DNA of 64,000 bases from Thermoanaerobacterium sp. RBIITD (GCF_900205865.1 NZ_LT906662.1:1623411-1687410); one strand, 5' to 3'. Counted from the first letter of the stretch, positions 29,075 through 39,815 are shown. The notes: a model not told the origin generated them from the sequence alone. Translations and numbers: made by a program.

Positions 29075-30781
29075 ATGGATAAAAAGATTATTGTAGATAT
29101 ATTGAATGAAATAGGGCTTTTATTGGAATTAAAGGGAGAGAACCCTTTTAAATCAAGGGCATATTATAATGCTGCCCGAACAATAGAAGTACTTGATGAA
29201 GACATTGAAACACTTGTAAAAGAGGACAGATTAAAAGATGTAAAGGGAATCGGTGATGCACTAAATAAGAAGCTAACTGAGCTTATAAATACAGGTAAAC
29301 TTCAATATTATGAAAACCTGAAAGAGTCAATACCGAAGGGACTCATCGAAATGCTAAAGATTCCAGGGCTTGGTCCTAAAAAAATAAAAGCACTATACGA
29401 TAAATTGAAGATAACCACAATCGGCGAGCTTGAATATGCCTGTATTGAAAACAGGCTTGTAGAATTACCCGGCTTTGGTGAAAAGACGCAGAAGAAAATC
29501 CTTGACGGTATACAGTTTATAAAGCAGTTCAGCGGTCAGCATCTTTTTGTTGAAGCATATGATGATGCTATTAAATTAAAACAGTATTTGTTAGATAGTG
29601 GACTTGTAATAAGATGCGAGATTGCAGGAAGTTTAAGGCGTAAAAAAGAGATTGTAAAAGATATTGATATACTTGCAACATCAGATAACCCTGGAAAACT
29701 TATGGATATATTTGCATTATATGAAGATGTAAGAGATATCATAGCAAAAGGTGAAACAAAGACCAGTATAACATTAAAATCCGGTATAAATGTAGACCTG
29801 AGAGTCGTAAGTGATAGTGAATACCCATATGCACTGCACCATTTTACAGGCAGTAAAGAGCACAATACTGCCATGAGACATAGGGCAAGAAAAATGGGAA
29901 TAAAGATGAACGAATATGGTCTATTTTACGGTGAGAAATTAATAAAATGCAATAATGAGAAAGAAATTTTCGAAAAACTTAATCTGTCATATATTCCTCC
30001 GGAATTAAGAGAAAATATGGGAGAGATAGAAGCTGCGGAAAATGGCTTGATACCTTTATTAATTGAAGAAAATGATATTAAAGGTATTTTTCATGTACAT
30101 ACAACATATAGTGATGGTGCAAATTTACTGAAAGAAGTGGTAGATGCTGCAAGAAAACTCGGATATAAGTATATTGGTATAACAGATCACAGCAAGTCTG
30201 CATTTTATGCAAGCGGGTTAAAAGGAGAGGATGTAATAAGACAATCTGATGAAATAGATGAATTAAATAATATTTATGATGATATAGTCATATTGAAAGG
30301 TATAGAATCGGATATTCTACCAGATGGTTCACTTGATTATGATGAAGATATATTGAAAAAATTTGATTTTGTAATTGCATCTGTACATTCACATTTTAAA
30401 ATGACTAAAGATGATATGACAGAAAGGCTTATTAAAGCCATAAAAAATAAATATACAAAAATATTGGGACATCCTACAGGTAGGCTTTTACTTGCAAGGG
30501 ACAGCTATGAATTAGATCTATATAGGATAATTGATACTGCCGCTGAATATGGCAAAATAATCGAAATAAATGCAAGCCCATATAGACTTGACCTCGATTG
30601 GAGATATATAAAATACGCCAAAGATAAAGGCGTAAAATTTGCCATATGTCCTGATGCACATAGCATAGATGGCCTTCACAATGTATTCTTTGGCATCGGC
30701 ATTGCAAGAAAAGGTTGGCTTGAGGCAAAAGACGTGATAAATACATATGAAGTTGAAGAATTAAATGAGATATTAAGATGA
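29075..30781 (+). CDS. polX: DNA polymerase X family protein with PHP domain
   Basis: Pol-beta-like HhH N-terminus (GIGDALNKKLTELI; GLGPKKIKALY) with a nucleotidyltransferase core and a C-terminal PHP domain (HVHTTYSDG). Confidence 0.85.
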   Translation: MDKKIIVDILNEIGLLLELKGENPFKSRAYYNAARTIEVLDEDIETLVKEDRLKDVKGIGDALNKKLTELINTGKLQYYENLKESIPKGLIEMLKIPGLGPKKIKALYDKLKITTIGELEYACIENRLVELPGFGEKTQKKILDGIQFIKQFSGQHLFVEAYDDAIKLKQYLLDSGLVIRCEIAGSLRRKKEIVKDIDILATSDNPGKLMDIFALYEDVRDIIAKGETKTSITLKSGINVDLRVVSDSEYPYALHHFTGSKEHNTAMRHRARKMGIKMNEYGLFYGEKLIKCNNEKEIFEKLNLSYIPPELRENMGEIEAAENGLIPLLIEENDIKGIFHVHTTYSDGANLLKEVVDAARKLGYKYIGITDHSKSAFYASGLKGEDVIRQSDEIDELNNIYDDIVILKGIESDILPDGSLDYDEDILKKFDFVIASVHSHFKMTKDDMTERLIKAIKNKYTKILGHPTGRLLLARDSYELDLYRIIDTAAEYGKIIEINASPYRLDLDWRYIKYAKDKGVKFAICPDAHSIDGLHNVFFGIGIARKGWLEAKDVINTYEVEELNEILR

Positions 30782-30847
30782 ATTAATTAATATAAGAATT
30801 GTTCAATAATAAGATAGAATGATAAATAAATAGCTGCATTATAGCAG

Positions 30848-32893
30848 CTATTTATCTTCTTTTTCCTTTGCTGGTGCAGCTTGATCCTGTGTTTCTTTTA
30901 CTAGTTCTTCCTTTTCTTTATTACTTTCTTCGATAGATTTTAATATTGCTTCTTTTATCTTTTTGACCCTTTCGCTTTCTTCTTTATTTAAATTCATATC
31001 AGTGCTTAATTTGACTCCAAGTTTATCACCAATTAAGAGAGTTAGGAGCATTTCAAAGGCATTTGCAGCAGAATTTCCGCCCTCAGCTCCACCCATGCTT
31101 ATAACTGTCTTTGGAACAATATCTATTTTTGATGTTTCAATTGCTTTTGTAAATTTGTCCATAATATCCTGTGTTACTTGATACTGTGGACCACCGTATG
31201 ATTTTACCTGTTCAGATACCGCTATAGCTTTACCTATACCGATTCTCGCTTCTTTCTCTGCTTCTGCTTCTGCAAGTGCTTTGATCTTCGCTGCTTCTTG
31301 CAATGACCTCTGGTATTCAGCTTTACCTTTGTTGCCTTCTATCTGAATATTTATTTCTGATTCTGTAAGAAAAGTCTGCTGTGCTGACCTTGCTTCTGCT
31401 TCTTTTAATTCCTTAGCCTTTTCAGCGGCTTTTTGCTGTCTTGTAAATGTCTCTATTTGTTCAACAGCTATCTGCCTATCTCTCAATTGTGTAAGTATAA
31501 GTTCAATTTTGTTGTCATTTGGTGATGATGAAGGTGTACCAATCAATACTTCTTCAAGTTCAAGGTTGTAGTGCTCGAATTTTTCCTTCATCTCTTTTGA
31601 AGCCATATTCTGAATTTCGCTTCTTTGTTGAATAAGATCTATTAATGTCTTTGTCTGACCTATGTTTTTGAAATATGCAGATACCATTGGGTCAAGTGTT
31701 TGGTCAACAAGCATTTTTATATCGCCAAATCGTTGTATTACGAGCGGAGCTTTTTTATAATCTATATGCATAACAACCGATAGAGGCAAAGATGGCTCAA
31801 AAGCATCTTTAGTTATGAGGCTTACTTCTTTTAAATTTTCGTCATATTTATGTGTACCGCTCTGATTGCTTATCCATTTCAATATGATATTAGTCGTTGG
31901 CACCATCAGTATATGACCTGCATATGTGTTAAAAGCATATTTGCCAGGCATGAGAGGATCTCTCCATACTCCCCTAAAACCTTTTTCTACAAGTTCGCCG
32001 TGTTTGTAATCTTCACCAGATGAATCAATTCCTTTTGAACCAATATATGATACAACGACACCGACATTACCAACGGGGATTACTATCTTATCTATTAATT
32101 CAACTGTAGCAAAAAGCCTATTAATAAAATATGTGCCTTCTACAAGAACTTGATATTGTCTTCCTCTAAAACCGCCAGCTTTTAAGAATTTTTCAGGATC
32201 CTGGAAGTTGTTGTGGTATGTCTCGGGATTCGATACATCATCACCGACAGTAGGTGCTATTATATCGTTCTGATTTAGTGATGGGCCATCATGTACGGTA
32301 ACAATGCCTACTTTATCATCTGTACCCTTTATGACAATTGGTGTAAAGCCGTTTCTGCTTTTTAAAAGTTCAGCCATTTTATTAATTGTGCTTTCCTCTG
32401 AACGGTTTCCCATAGGAAGGTAATATGTTTTATCTTCTGTAATTATCATAAATTGTGCTAAGTTAAAAGCATAGGTTCCTTCACGAATTATTCCTCTTTG
32501 AGGACCTTTTTGACCACCATTAGTCAAAAAACCTCTTACATTTTGGAAGTTGTCACTTTCTGGTATAATTTTACCAAGTGTTTGCGTTGGTGCCATTGGA
32601 ATACCGTCACGTGCAAAGACATATCCTATTTGCCCTTGCGGTATAGTTACAAGTGGAGCTATATGAATTTTATACATTAGAGGTGTGCGAAAATGTATAC
32701 CTCCCCTTAAGACCTCTGGTTGATAACCGGCTTCACCGTGTAATGCAATTATCTGTTCATTGAGTGAGCCCTTCGGTGACCACCATTTTTCAACTATGCC
32801 AATTTTGTTATTTGGGATTATCTTTAAGCCGATAATCCAGAGTAATAGGATTATTGCGACAATAATTAATGCGATTTTAATTATTAAAAACAT
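30848..32893 (-). CDS. flotillin-like SPFH/band-7 domain protein
   Basis: N-terminal TM helix, an SPFH domain and a long coiled-coil/acidic C-terminus. The start is set at MFLIIKIALII (RBS AAGGGAGG); the longer track ORF reads through the leader. Confidence 0.8.
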   Translation of the reverse strand: MFLIIKIALIIVAIILLLWIIGLKIIPNNKIGIVEKWWSPKGSLNEQIIALHGEAGYQPEVLRGGIHFRTPLMYKIHIAPLVTIPQGQIGYVFARDGIPMAPTQTLGKIIPESDNFQNVRGFLTNGGQKGPQRGIIREGTYAFNLAQFMIITEDKTYYLPMGNRSEESTINKMAELLKSRNGFTPIVIKGTDDKVGIVTVHDGPSLNQNDIIAPTVGDDVSNPETYHNNFQDPEKFLKAGGFRGRQYQVLVEGTYFINRLFATVELIDKIVIPVGNVGVVVSYIGSKGIDSSGEDYKHGELVEKGFRGVWRDPLMPGKYAFNTYAGHILMVPTTNIILKWISNQSGTHKYDENLKEVSLITKDAFEPSLPLSVVMHIDYKKAPLVIQRFGDIKMLVDQTLDPMVSAYFKNIGQTKTLIDLIQQRSEIQNMASKEMKEKFEHYNLELEEVLIGTPSSSPNDNKIELILTQLRDRQIAVEQIETFTRQQKAAEKAKELKEAEARSAQQTFLTESEINIQIEGNKGKAEYQRSLQEAAKIKALAEAEAEKEARIGIGKAIAVSEQVKSYGGPQYQVTQDIMDKFTKAIETSKIDIVPKTVISMGGAEGGNSAANAFEMLLTLLIGDKLGVKLSTDMNLNKEESERVKKIKEAILKSIEESNKEKEELVKETQDQAAPAKEKEDK

Positions 32894-33042
32894 TAAAAAA
32901 CCTCCCTTTATCATTATATTTATTATATTCGATAAAAAATAAAAATAACCTGCAAACATTGTAAAATATTTTTTAATTAGAGGAATTTTAAAAATAATAT
33001 AGAATATTAATAAATAATATGATTTTAAGGGAGGTGTAATTA

Positions 33043-33183
33043 TGGCATTGGCATTTCCTATTCTTGTTTTATATATTACATTATTCGGTATTTCGATATA
33101 TACCCTTTGTTTAATTATAATTTTCTTAAGGAAAGCAATTACAGCATTAGACATCTATATCAATAAAAATGGGCAATATTAAG
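33043..33183 (+). CDS. putative small membrane protein (46 aa)
   Basis: An RBS (AAGGGAGGTG) lies 7 nt before the ATG, and the product is hydrophobic (MALAFPILVLYITLFGISIYTLCLIIIFLRKAITALDIYINKNGQY). Confidence 0.35.
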
Positions 33184-33197
33184 AGCAATAGTTTTTC

Positions 33198-34235
33198 CTA
33201 TTGTTCTTTTATAATGTTTTGCATAACATTTAGAACTTTCTTGATATCGTCTTTTTTTACGTAGTAATGTGTTACAAATCTAACATTAAAATCATCAGCA
33301 CCATTTACTTTGATGCCGTGTTCTAATAGTTTTGACGATAGTTCGGATCCTTTCATTCTGGTTCCGGATATATCTGACATCACTATGTTAGTCTGAACCG
33401 TATCAATATCAACTTTAATACCAGGTATATTATTGAGGCCTTCTGCCAGAAGTCTTGCATTTTCATGGTCTTCATGTAACCTCTTTGTCATTTTTTCAAG
33501 TGCGACAATACCCGCAGCTGCTATAATACCAGCTTGTCTCATGCCACCACCCAACATTTTGCGGTATTTTTTCGCTCTTATAATGAATTCCTTCGTGCCT
33601 GTTACAATTGATCCTACAGGTGCACATAGTCCCTTTGACAAGCAGAACATTACACTATCGGCATATTTAGCAATTTCTTTTACATCTAGATTTAAATATG
33701 TCGCTGCATTAAAAATCCTAGCGCCGTCAAGATGTACAGGTATATTATGTTTTTTAGCTATTTCATAAATTGCACTCATAGTTTCAATCGGCGTTACTGT
33801 ACCACCTGCTCTATTGTGAGTATTTTCAAGGCATATGAGGCCTGTTACAGGGTAATGGATATCTTCTGTCCTAATGGCCTTTTCTATGTCACTAGGATCC
33901 ATAATGCCGTTTTCTCCTCTTATCGTTTTAGCTTGTACACCTGAGAGATATCCGATGCCACCTACTTCATATGTAATGATATGGCACCTTTCTTCGAGGA
34001 TTATCTCATTGCCGTGGTGTGTATGTGTCATAATAGAAACTTGATTTCCTTGTGTGCCGCTTGTCACAAACATGGCATCTTCTTTTCCCATAATATCTGC
34101 TGCCATCTCTTCAAGCTTTTTTATTGTCGGATCTTCTCTGTAAACATCATCGCCTACTTTGGCATTATACATGGCATCTCTCATTTCTTGCGTTGGCAAT
34201 GTCACTGTATCACTTCTTAAATCTATATATCCCAA
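33198..34235 (-). CDS. ltaE: low-specificity L-threonine aldolase
   Basis: Beta-eliminating lyase fold with the PLP-Lys region FCLSKGLCAPVGS. Confidence 0.8.
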   Translation of the reverse strand: MGYIDLRSDTVTLPTQEMRDAMYNAKVGDDVYREDPTIKKLEEMAADIMGKEDAMFVTSGTQGNQVSIMTHTHHGNEIILEERCHIITYEVGGIGYLSGVQAKTIRGENGIMDPSDIEKAIRTEDIHYPVTGLICLENTHNRAGGTVTPIETMSAIYEIAKKHNIPVHLDGARIFNAATYLNLDVKEIAKYADSVMFCLSKGLCAPVGSIVTGTKEFIIRAKKYRKMLGGGMRQAGIIAAAGIVALEKMTKRLHEDHENARLLAEGLNNIPGIKVDIDTVQTNIVMSDISGTRMKGSELSSKLLEHGIKVNGADDFNVRFVTHYYVKKDDIKKVLNVMQNIIKEQ

Positions 34236-34503
34236 TTATCTTACCTCCAGTACATTAAAGATTAATTTCTATCTAAATAATAGGTTATCATTAATGATAT
34301 GTTAAAGCAATATTTACACTGTTTATTGTGATGGAAAAATTATCTTTAAATACCATTTAAGTCAATTTACATTGTGTGTAAAGGTAAAATGTTAGGTCGT
34401 ATACTATTTATTCGATTTAATTAGAAATTTTGTAATATCAAAAGTTGATGTTATAATTTTATTAGCATGTATAAAAAATTGAATATATTGGAGGAGGGGT
34501 TTT

Positions 34504-35643
34504 ATGCAGTACAGGAAATTTGGAAGAACGGGTATAGAAGTGTCGGCACTTGGTTTTGGTGCAATGAGACTACCGATTGTTGGCGATGATTATAGTAAAA
34601 TTGATGAAAATGAAGCAATTAAGATGATAAGATTTGCAATTGACAATGGTGTAAATTACGTTGACACAGCATATGCATACCATGAAGGAAATAGTGAGAT
34701 TTTAGTCGGCAAAGCATTAAAAGATGGTTACAGGGAAAAGACAAATCTCGCGACGAAGCTTCCGTCATGGCTTATAAAAGAGAAAGCTGATATGGACAAA
34801 TACTTGAATGAACAGTTAAAAAAACTCGATACAGATCATATCGATTTTTATCTCTTACATGCCCTAGATAAGGAAAGATGGGAGAACTATAAAAAACTTG
34901 ATGTGTTTAGCTGGATCGATAAAGTTAAAAAAGAAGGCAAAATAAGGTATATCGGTTTTTCATTTCATGATGAATATGATGTATTTAAAGGCATTATTGA
35001 TGATTATGATAAATGGGACTTTTGCCAGATTCAGTACAATTACATGGATATTAATAATCAAGCGGGTACAAAAGGATTAAAATATGCAGCGTCAAAGGGA
35101 CTTGGTGTTGTAATAATGGAGCCTATTAGAGGTGGAAAACTTGCGGGGAATCCACCTGATGTTATTAAAGAATTATGGGACAAGTCAAAAGTAAAAAGGA
35201 CACCCGCCGAATGGGCATTACAATGGGTATGGAATCACCCGGAAGTATCTATTGTTTTAAGTGGTATGAGTACGATGGAGCAAGTTATACAAAATATTGA
35301 GAGCGCTTCAAGGTCTGGTGCAAATAGTTTTACTGAAGAAGAGCTAGAGCTTGTCGATCAAGTTAGAAATACTTATAAAAAGCTTTCACCGGTTGCATGT
35401 ACTGCTTGTAACTATTGTATGCCATGCCCGAATGGCGTTATGATACCAAGGAATTTCGCTATTTATAATGAAGCTTGTATGTACAATAATTACAAAGAGG
35501 CTTTGAACAATTATAATAATTTAAAGGATGGCAAAGCAAGTTCATGTATTGAGTGTGGTCAGTGTGAAACTAAATGTCCACAGCATTTAACAATTATTGA
35601 TTATCTAAAAGATGTGAAAAAGTATTTTAAAGAAGCTATATAA
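34504..35643 (+). CDS. aldo/keto reductase with C-terminal 4Fe-4S ferredoxin domain
   Basis: An AKR core (GVNYVDTAYAYHEG) followed by the Cys clusters CTACNYCMPCP and CIECGQCETKCP. Confidence 0.8.
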   Translation: MQYRKFGRTGIEVSALGFGAMRLPIVGDDYSKIDENEAIKMIRFAIDNGVNYVDTAYAYHEGNSEILVGKALKDGYREKTNLATKLPSWLIKEKADMDKYLNEQLKKLDTDHIDFYLLHALDKERWENYKKLDVFSWIDKVKKEGKIRYIGFSFHDEYDVFKGIIDDYDKWDFCQIQYNYMDINNQAGTKGLKYAASKGLGVVIMEPIRGGKLAGNPPDVIKELWDKSKVKRTPAEWALQWVWNHPEVSIVLSGMSTMEQVIQNIESASRSGANSFTEEELELVDQVRNTYKKLSPVACTACNYCMPCPNGVMIPRNFAIYNEACMYNNYKEALNNYNNLKDGKASSCIECGQCETKCPQHLTIIDYLKDVKKYFKEAI

Positions 35644-35670
35644 GAAGATGATTTTTCATCTTCTTTTTCA
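35644..35670 (+). terminator. rho-independent terminator
   Basis: GAAGATGATTTTTCATCTTC followed by TTTTT. Confidence 0.6.
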
Positions 35671-35769
35671 AATATTCAAGCTGAATGTCGTAAGTACGAT
35701 GATAGAAGAGAGCATAATGCACAGCATCAAAAGTATTATTACAATGGTTAGATAAAATTTTTTATCCAT
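35668..35769 (-). CDS. putative small hydrophobic peptide (33 aa)
   Basis: Minus-strand ORF MDKKFYLTIVIILLMLCIMLSSIIVLTTFSLNI, preceded by AAGGGAGTGA. Confidence 0.3.
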   Translation of the reverse strand: MDKKFYLTIVIILLMLCIMLSSIIVLTTFSLNI

Positions 35770-35925
35770 ATGTATTCACTCCCTTAAAATTCCCCCTTAT
35801 ATATTAAGACGTAAAATTTATTAATTGTTTCATGTTAATTAAAATTTTTTTAGGGGCTTGTATTAGTAGTAAAATTATGAAATAATAAAACAGTAAGACT
35901 ATATTAAAAGAAGGGAGTGTTAAGG

Positions 35926-36177
35926 ATGTTCCAACAGCCGAGCATTGTTATGCTAATACTTCAATATTTTGCGGTATTTGCAACACCTATTGTATCAATT
36001 GTTTTTGTAGTATTTTATATAATTTATACATTAAGGAAAATGAAAAAAATTGATTCAATAGAAATAAGCCTTGCTAAACTTGCTTCAGTGCAGGGAAATG
36101 AATCGAAATTATACATAGATAATGCAGATACAGAAACTGAAGATGACAATGATAGTGGTGATAATGACGATGTATAA
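35926..36177 (+). CDS. small membrane protein with acidic C-terminal tail
   Basis: An RBS (AGGGAG) lies 8 nt upstream of the ATG at 35926. The protein has one TM helix and a C-terminus of DNADTETEDDNDSGDNDDV; a terminator follows at 36181-36203. Confidence 0.4.
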   Translation: MFQQPSIVMLILQYFAVFATPIVSIVFVVFYIIYTLRKMKKIDSIEISLAKLASVQGNESKLYIDNADTETEDDNDSGDNDDV

Positions 36178-36221
36178 AATACCGGAGAAATCCGGTGTTT
36201 TTATCATGAGGATGTGGTATT

Positions 36222-36689
36222 GTGATATGTGATTATTTAGATACAGCAATTGGCAAGCTTACTATATATTCAAATGGAAAGGGTATTTGCAGGATAGATT
36301 TTTTTTATGATGAAAATTTTGAATGTTATAGAGGAAAAGATATGTATATCGATGATTGCAAAAAACAGCTTAAACTTTATTTCGAAGGGCAATTAAAAGA
36401 ATTCAATGTAAAGCTTGATATTAACGGTTCGGATTTTCAAAAATCAGTGTGGAAGGAGCTTATGAAAATTCCCTTCGGCTCTTATGCAACATATGGAGAA
36501 ATTGCAAAGAGAATTGGAAAACCAAATGCTAAAAGAGCTGTTGGAGGTGCTCTTAATAGAAATCCAGTTCCTATAATAATTCCATGTCACAGAGTTATTG
36601 GTGCTGATGGAAGTTTGACAGGCTTTGGCGGAGGGTTACCCATAAAAGAGTTTCTTCTAAGACATGAAGGTATTGCATTTAGGATGTAG
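36222..36689 (+). CDS. ogt: methylated-DNA--protein-cysteine methyltransferase
   Basis: PCHRVIG active site and a size of 155 aa. Confidence 0.8.
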   Translation: MICDYLDTAIGKLTIYSNGKGICRIDFFYDENFECYRGKDMYIDDCKKQLKLYFEGQLKEFNVKLDINGSDFQKSVWKELMKIPFGSYATYGEIAKRIGKPNAKRAVGGALNRNPVPIIIPCHRVIGADGSLTGFGGGLPIKEFLLRHEGIAFRM

Positions 36690-36732
36690 CTGACTTATAA
36701 TATTACTTGAGTAAAAATTTAATAGACTATGT

Positions 36733-36852
36733 CCGCTGGGGGAGCTTTAAGCTGAGATGGCAAATGCCGAACCCCTCGAACCTGATTAGGCTAATACCTA
36801 CGAAGGGAATGCGGTTATGAACCGCATATTTCATATGCGGTTTTTTGTTTTT
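36733..36852 (+). ncRNA. TPP (THI-box) riboswitch with intrinsic terminator expression platform
   Basis: CTGGGGGAGC...GCTGAGA...AACCCCTCGAACCTGATTAGGCTAATACCTACGAAGGGAA matches the TPP aptamer consensus. The terminator AACCGCATATTTCATATGCGGTTTTTT follows. Confidence 0.8.
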
Positions 36853-36889
36853 CAGCGGTACATAGCCTCAATAAGAGGAGGTATTTTTA

Positions 36890-37528
36890 ATGTCTTACAT
36901 TGTAAGTATTTTTTCTGATTTTACAAAATTAAAACCAGCTACGATTTCCATCATTGTAGCAATTTTATTCGCAGTTTTGCTCTTTTACATCTTAAGAAAA
37001 AGCGTGAAATTTAATACACAGATGATAGTATATGGTGGTCTTGCAATTGCTATATCGTTTGTACTGTCATACATTAGGTTCTATCATTGGCCACAAGGTG
37101 GGTCTATAACACCTGCAAGTATGTTGCCACTATTCATTTTTGCATATTATTATGGCGCAGGGCCTGGAATAGTTGTTGGCATGGCATATGGCATGCTACA
37201 ACTTATACAGGACCCATTTGTTGTTCACTGGATACAGCTGCTTCTTGATTATCCATTGGCATTTGGTGCACTCGGGCTTGCAGGTTTATTTAAGAAGAAT
37301 TTAAGCCTCGGTGTTCTTGTAGGCGGTTTTGGAAGGTTTTTCTCTCATTTCTTGTCTGGCGTATTCTTTTTCGCAAGTTATGCACCAAAGGGAATGAATC
37401 CAATAGTGTATTCGCTGCTTGTCAATGGAATACTCGTTGGTGTTGAAGTTGGAATTTGTTTTGCAGTATCACTTATACCGCAGGTCAAAAATGTTATTGA
37501 TAGAGTAAAAGCAAAAGCATTTGTATAA
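36890..37528 (+). CDS. thiT: ECF transporter S component for thiamine (ThiT-like)
   Basis: Six-TM protein of 212 aa placed directly downstream of the TPP riboswitch. A terminator follows at 37541-37580. Confidence 0.7.
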   Translation: MSYIVSIFSDFTKLKPATISIIVAILFAVLLFYILRKSVKFNTQMIVYGGLAIAISFVLSYIRFYHWPQGGSITPASMLPLFIFAYYYGAGPGIVVGMAYGMLQLIQDPFVVHWIQLLLDYPLAFGALGLAGLFKKNLSLGVLVGGFGRFFSHFLSGVFFFASYAPKGMNPIVYSLLVNGILVGVEVGICFAVSLIPQVKNVIDRVKAKAFV

Positions 37529-37767
37529 GAAGTTTATAAAAGTCCCTTCTATTTTTTAAGTAGAAGGGACTTTTATTTTATTACGTTTTAACATTTAGAT
37601 GAACATATTTTTTTTTCAATAAAATCAATTTGATGGTATAATAATAAATAGCAATAGAAAATAAACTATATTGATAGCATTAAAATTTAACACATTTATA
37701 ATACAAATTTAATGAGGATTTAATATTCAGGTGAGATAATCAATATAGTGATTGAGAGGGTCTTTAA

Positions 37768-38883
37768 ATGGATAAGATAAGGATTTTGATACTTTATGAA
37801 GATATAGGAACAGGTCATAAAAGGACGGCTATGGCGCTTAAAAAAGCTTTTGAAAAGAGAGAAAATGTTGAAGCTATTGTAGCAAATCCTTTTGGGGAGA
37901 AGTTTCCTGGTCTTGCTAACCTGACAACACAGATTTATTTAAAAACCCTGAAGTTGACACCTGATTTATGGGGATACCTGTATGAGATGGAGAGAGACAA
38001 GATAGAAAGGAAGATAAATAAATTAGTCGGCATATCAATATATACATTTATTAAGGATTATGTGCTAAGCTGCAATCCTGATGCTGTAATTTGTACGCAT
38101 CCTTTTTCATGTTCTATATTGTCACATGTAAAAAGAAATCTTGATATACCTATTTATGCAATATTGACTGATTATGATGTGCATGCATATTGGATACATC
38201 ACCATATTGACGGGTACTTTGTAGGCTGCAGTGAGATGAAAACCCAAATGGAAAATATGGGGGTACCAGATAGTAAGGTATATGTTACGGGTATACCTAT
38301 AGATGAAGTGTTTTATGTTAAAAAGGATAAATCAGATATGCGACAAAAGCTTGGATTTTCTATAGATAAACCACTTGTTCTTGTAATGGGTGGTGGGCTT
38401 GGCCTTGGAAATATAAAAAAAGCTGTGAAAGTCATTCAGGAATATGATAATATACAGATAGCAGTAATATGTGGATTTAATAAAAACCTCAAAGAAAAAC
38501 TTGAGGAGATTGCAAAGGAAAATGTCGTAGTATATGGGCATGTTGATAATGTTCATGAATTTATGGAAGCTGCGGACGTATTGATAACTAAAAGTGGCGG
38601 GCTTACTGTAACAGAGGCCATATCAAAAGGATTACCTATGGTTGTATTTGACCCGATACCAGGTCAAGAGGAGCGCAATCTCGAATTTTTATTAAAGAAA
38701 AAGATAGCAATAAGGATAAAAGATATAGACAAACTTGATAAAAAAATTATAGATTTATTGAATGATAACACAAAATTAAAGGGAATGAAAGAGCGCATGG
38801 CGGAATTATCCGTATATGACTCAGCCGACAGAGTTTGTAGTATAGTGATAAATAATATTAAAAATGATGTAATGAAGGTGTAA
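37768..38883 (+). CDS. MGDG-synthase family glycosyltransferase (UgtP/YpfP-like diacylglycerol glycosyltransferase)
   Basis: MGDG_synth N-terminal region (ILILYEDIGTGHKRTA) plus a GT28 C-terminal domain. Confidence 0.75.
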   Translation: MDKIRILILYEDIGTGHKRTAMALKKAFEKRENVEAIVANPFGEKFPGLANLTTQIYLKTLKLTPDLWGYLYEMERDKIERKINKLVGISIYTFIKDYVLSCNPDAVICTHPFSCSILSHVKRNLDIPIYAILTDYDVHAYWIHHHIDGYFVGCSEMKTQMENMGVPDSKVYVTGIPIDEVFYVKKDKSDMRQKLGFSIDKPLVLVMGGGLGLGNIKKAVKVIQEYDNIQIAVICGFNKNLKEKLEEIAKENVVVYGHVDNVHEFMEAADVLITKSGGLTVTEAISKGLPMVVFDPIPGQEERNLEFLLKKKIAIRIKDIDKLDKKIIDLLNDNTKLKGMKERMAELSVYDSADRVCSIVINNIKNDVMKV

Positions 38884-38897
38884 GGAGGTTTCATTCC

Positions 38898-39440
38898 GTG
38901 TCAGGGGTAAAGAAATTGATAATAACGGAGGATAGGAATGTTTTCTTTCTTTTAAACGAGAAGATAAAGTGCAAAACACTTGACAGAATAATGCCCAAAA
39001 TTACTCATATTGGAGGGCCTTATTTTACAATTTTATCATGTCTTTTGCTTATTTTAGTTGGGAAAAATAGTGTAAAGGTTTCTGCGCTAGAAGCCTTAAC
39101 TACATTAACAAGCAGCCATATATTTGTGCAGATACTTAAAAGGTTATGCACAAGGCCGCGCCCATATATGGTTTTACCTGAAGCAAATACGTTTAAATAT
39201 TTGCTAAGAGATTATTCATTTCCTTCAGGACATGCAACAGCAAGTTTTTCATTAGCAGTCTCATTTTCATTTTTCTTTCCCGGTTTAGCTGTTTTTTTAA
39301 TCACACTGGCAGTTTTAGTTAGCATATCAAGGATATATATGGGATTGCATTATCCATCAGATGTACTTATCGGCTCAACAATGGGAATAGTATTTTCATA
39401 TATAACTCATATTTATGGGTTAATGTTGCCTATTTTGTGA
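38898..39440 (+). CDS. PAP2-family phosphatase
   Basis: KxxxxxxRP (LCTRPRPY), SFPSGH and SRIYMGLHYPSDV motifs. The start is a GTG. Confidence 0.7.
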   Translation: MSGVKKLIITEDRNVFFLLNEKIKCKTLDRIMPKITHIGGPYFTILSCLLLILVGKNSVKVSALEALTTLTSSHIFVQILKRLCTRPRPYMVLPEANTFKYLLRDYSFPSGHATASFSLAVSFSFFFPGLAVFLITLAVLVSISRIYMGLHYPSDVLIGSTMGIVFSYITHIYGLMLPIL

Positions 39441-39815
39441 AAACAGATAATTATGCTGCAATAAGATGGCAATCAAAGTAAAAACGTATGTCAAAACAGA
39501 GCAGAAGTAATTTCATCTAAATCCCTTTGTATAGAATAATGTTTCAATAATTACTAATAATATAATCCACCCGGCTATATAGACCGGGTATTTATTTTTA
39601 CTCTTCGAGAGGTACTGGATATACAATATACTATATATAGCAGTTAATATAGAAAAACCAATATACCACATAAAATCACCTGATTTTATTTTGCTATATA
39701 GATAATAGATTATACATATAATATATTACAATAATTGTTAAGAAAACATTGACCATGCATTTGTGTTAATGTTAAAATTATTTGTAGGTAATAATAATTT
39801 TTAAGAGGTGTTATA

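Noticed and set aside
32894-33154. 5' extension of the flotillin ORF (track start 33154)
   Set aside because: The extension translates the AT-rich leader. A strong RBS (AAGGGAGG) precedes the internal MFLIIKIAL start at 32893.
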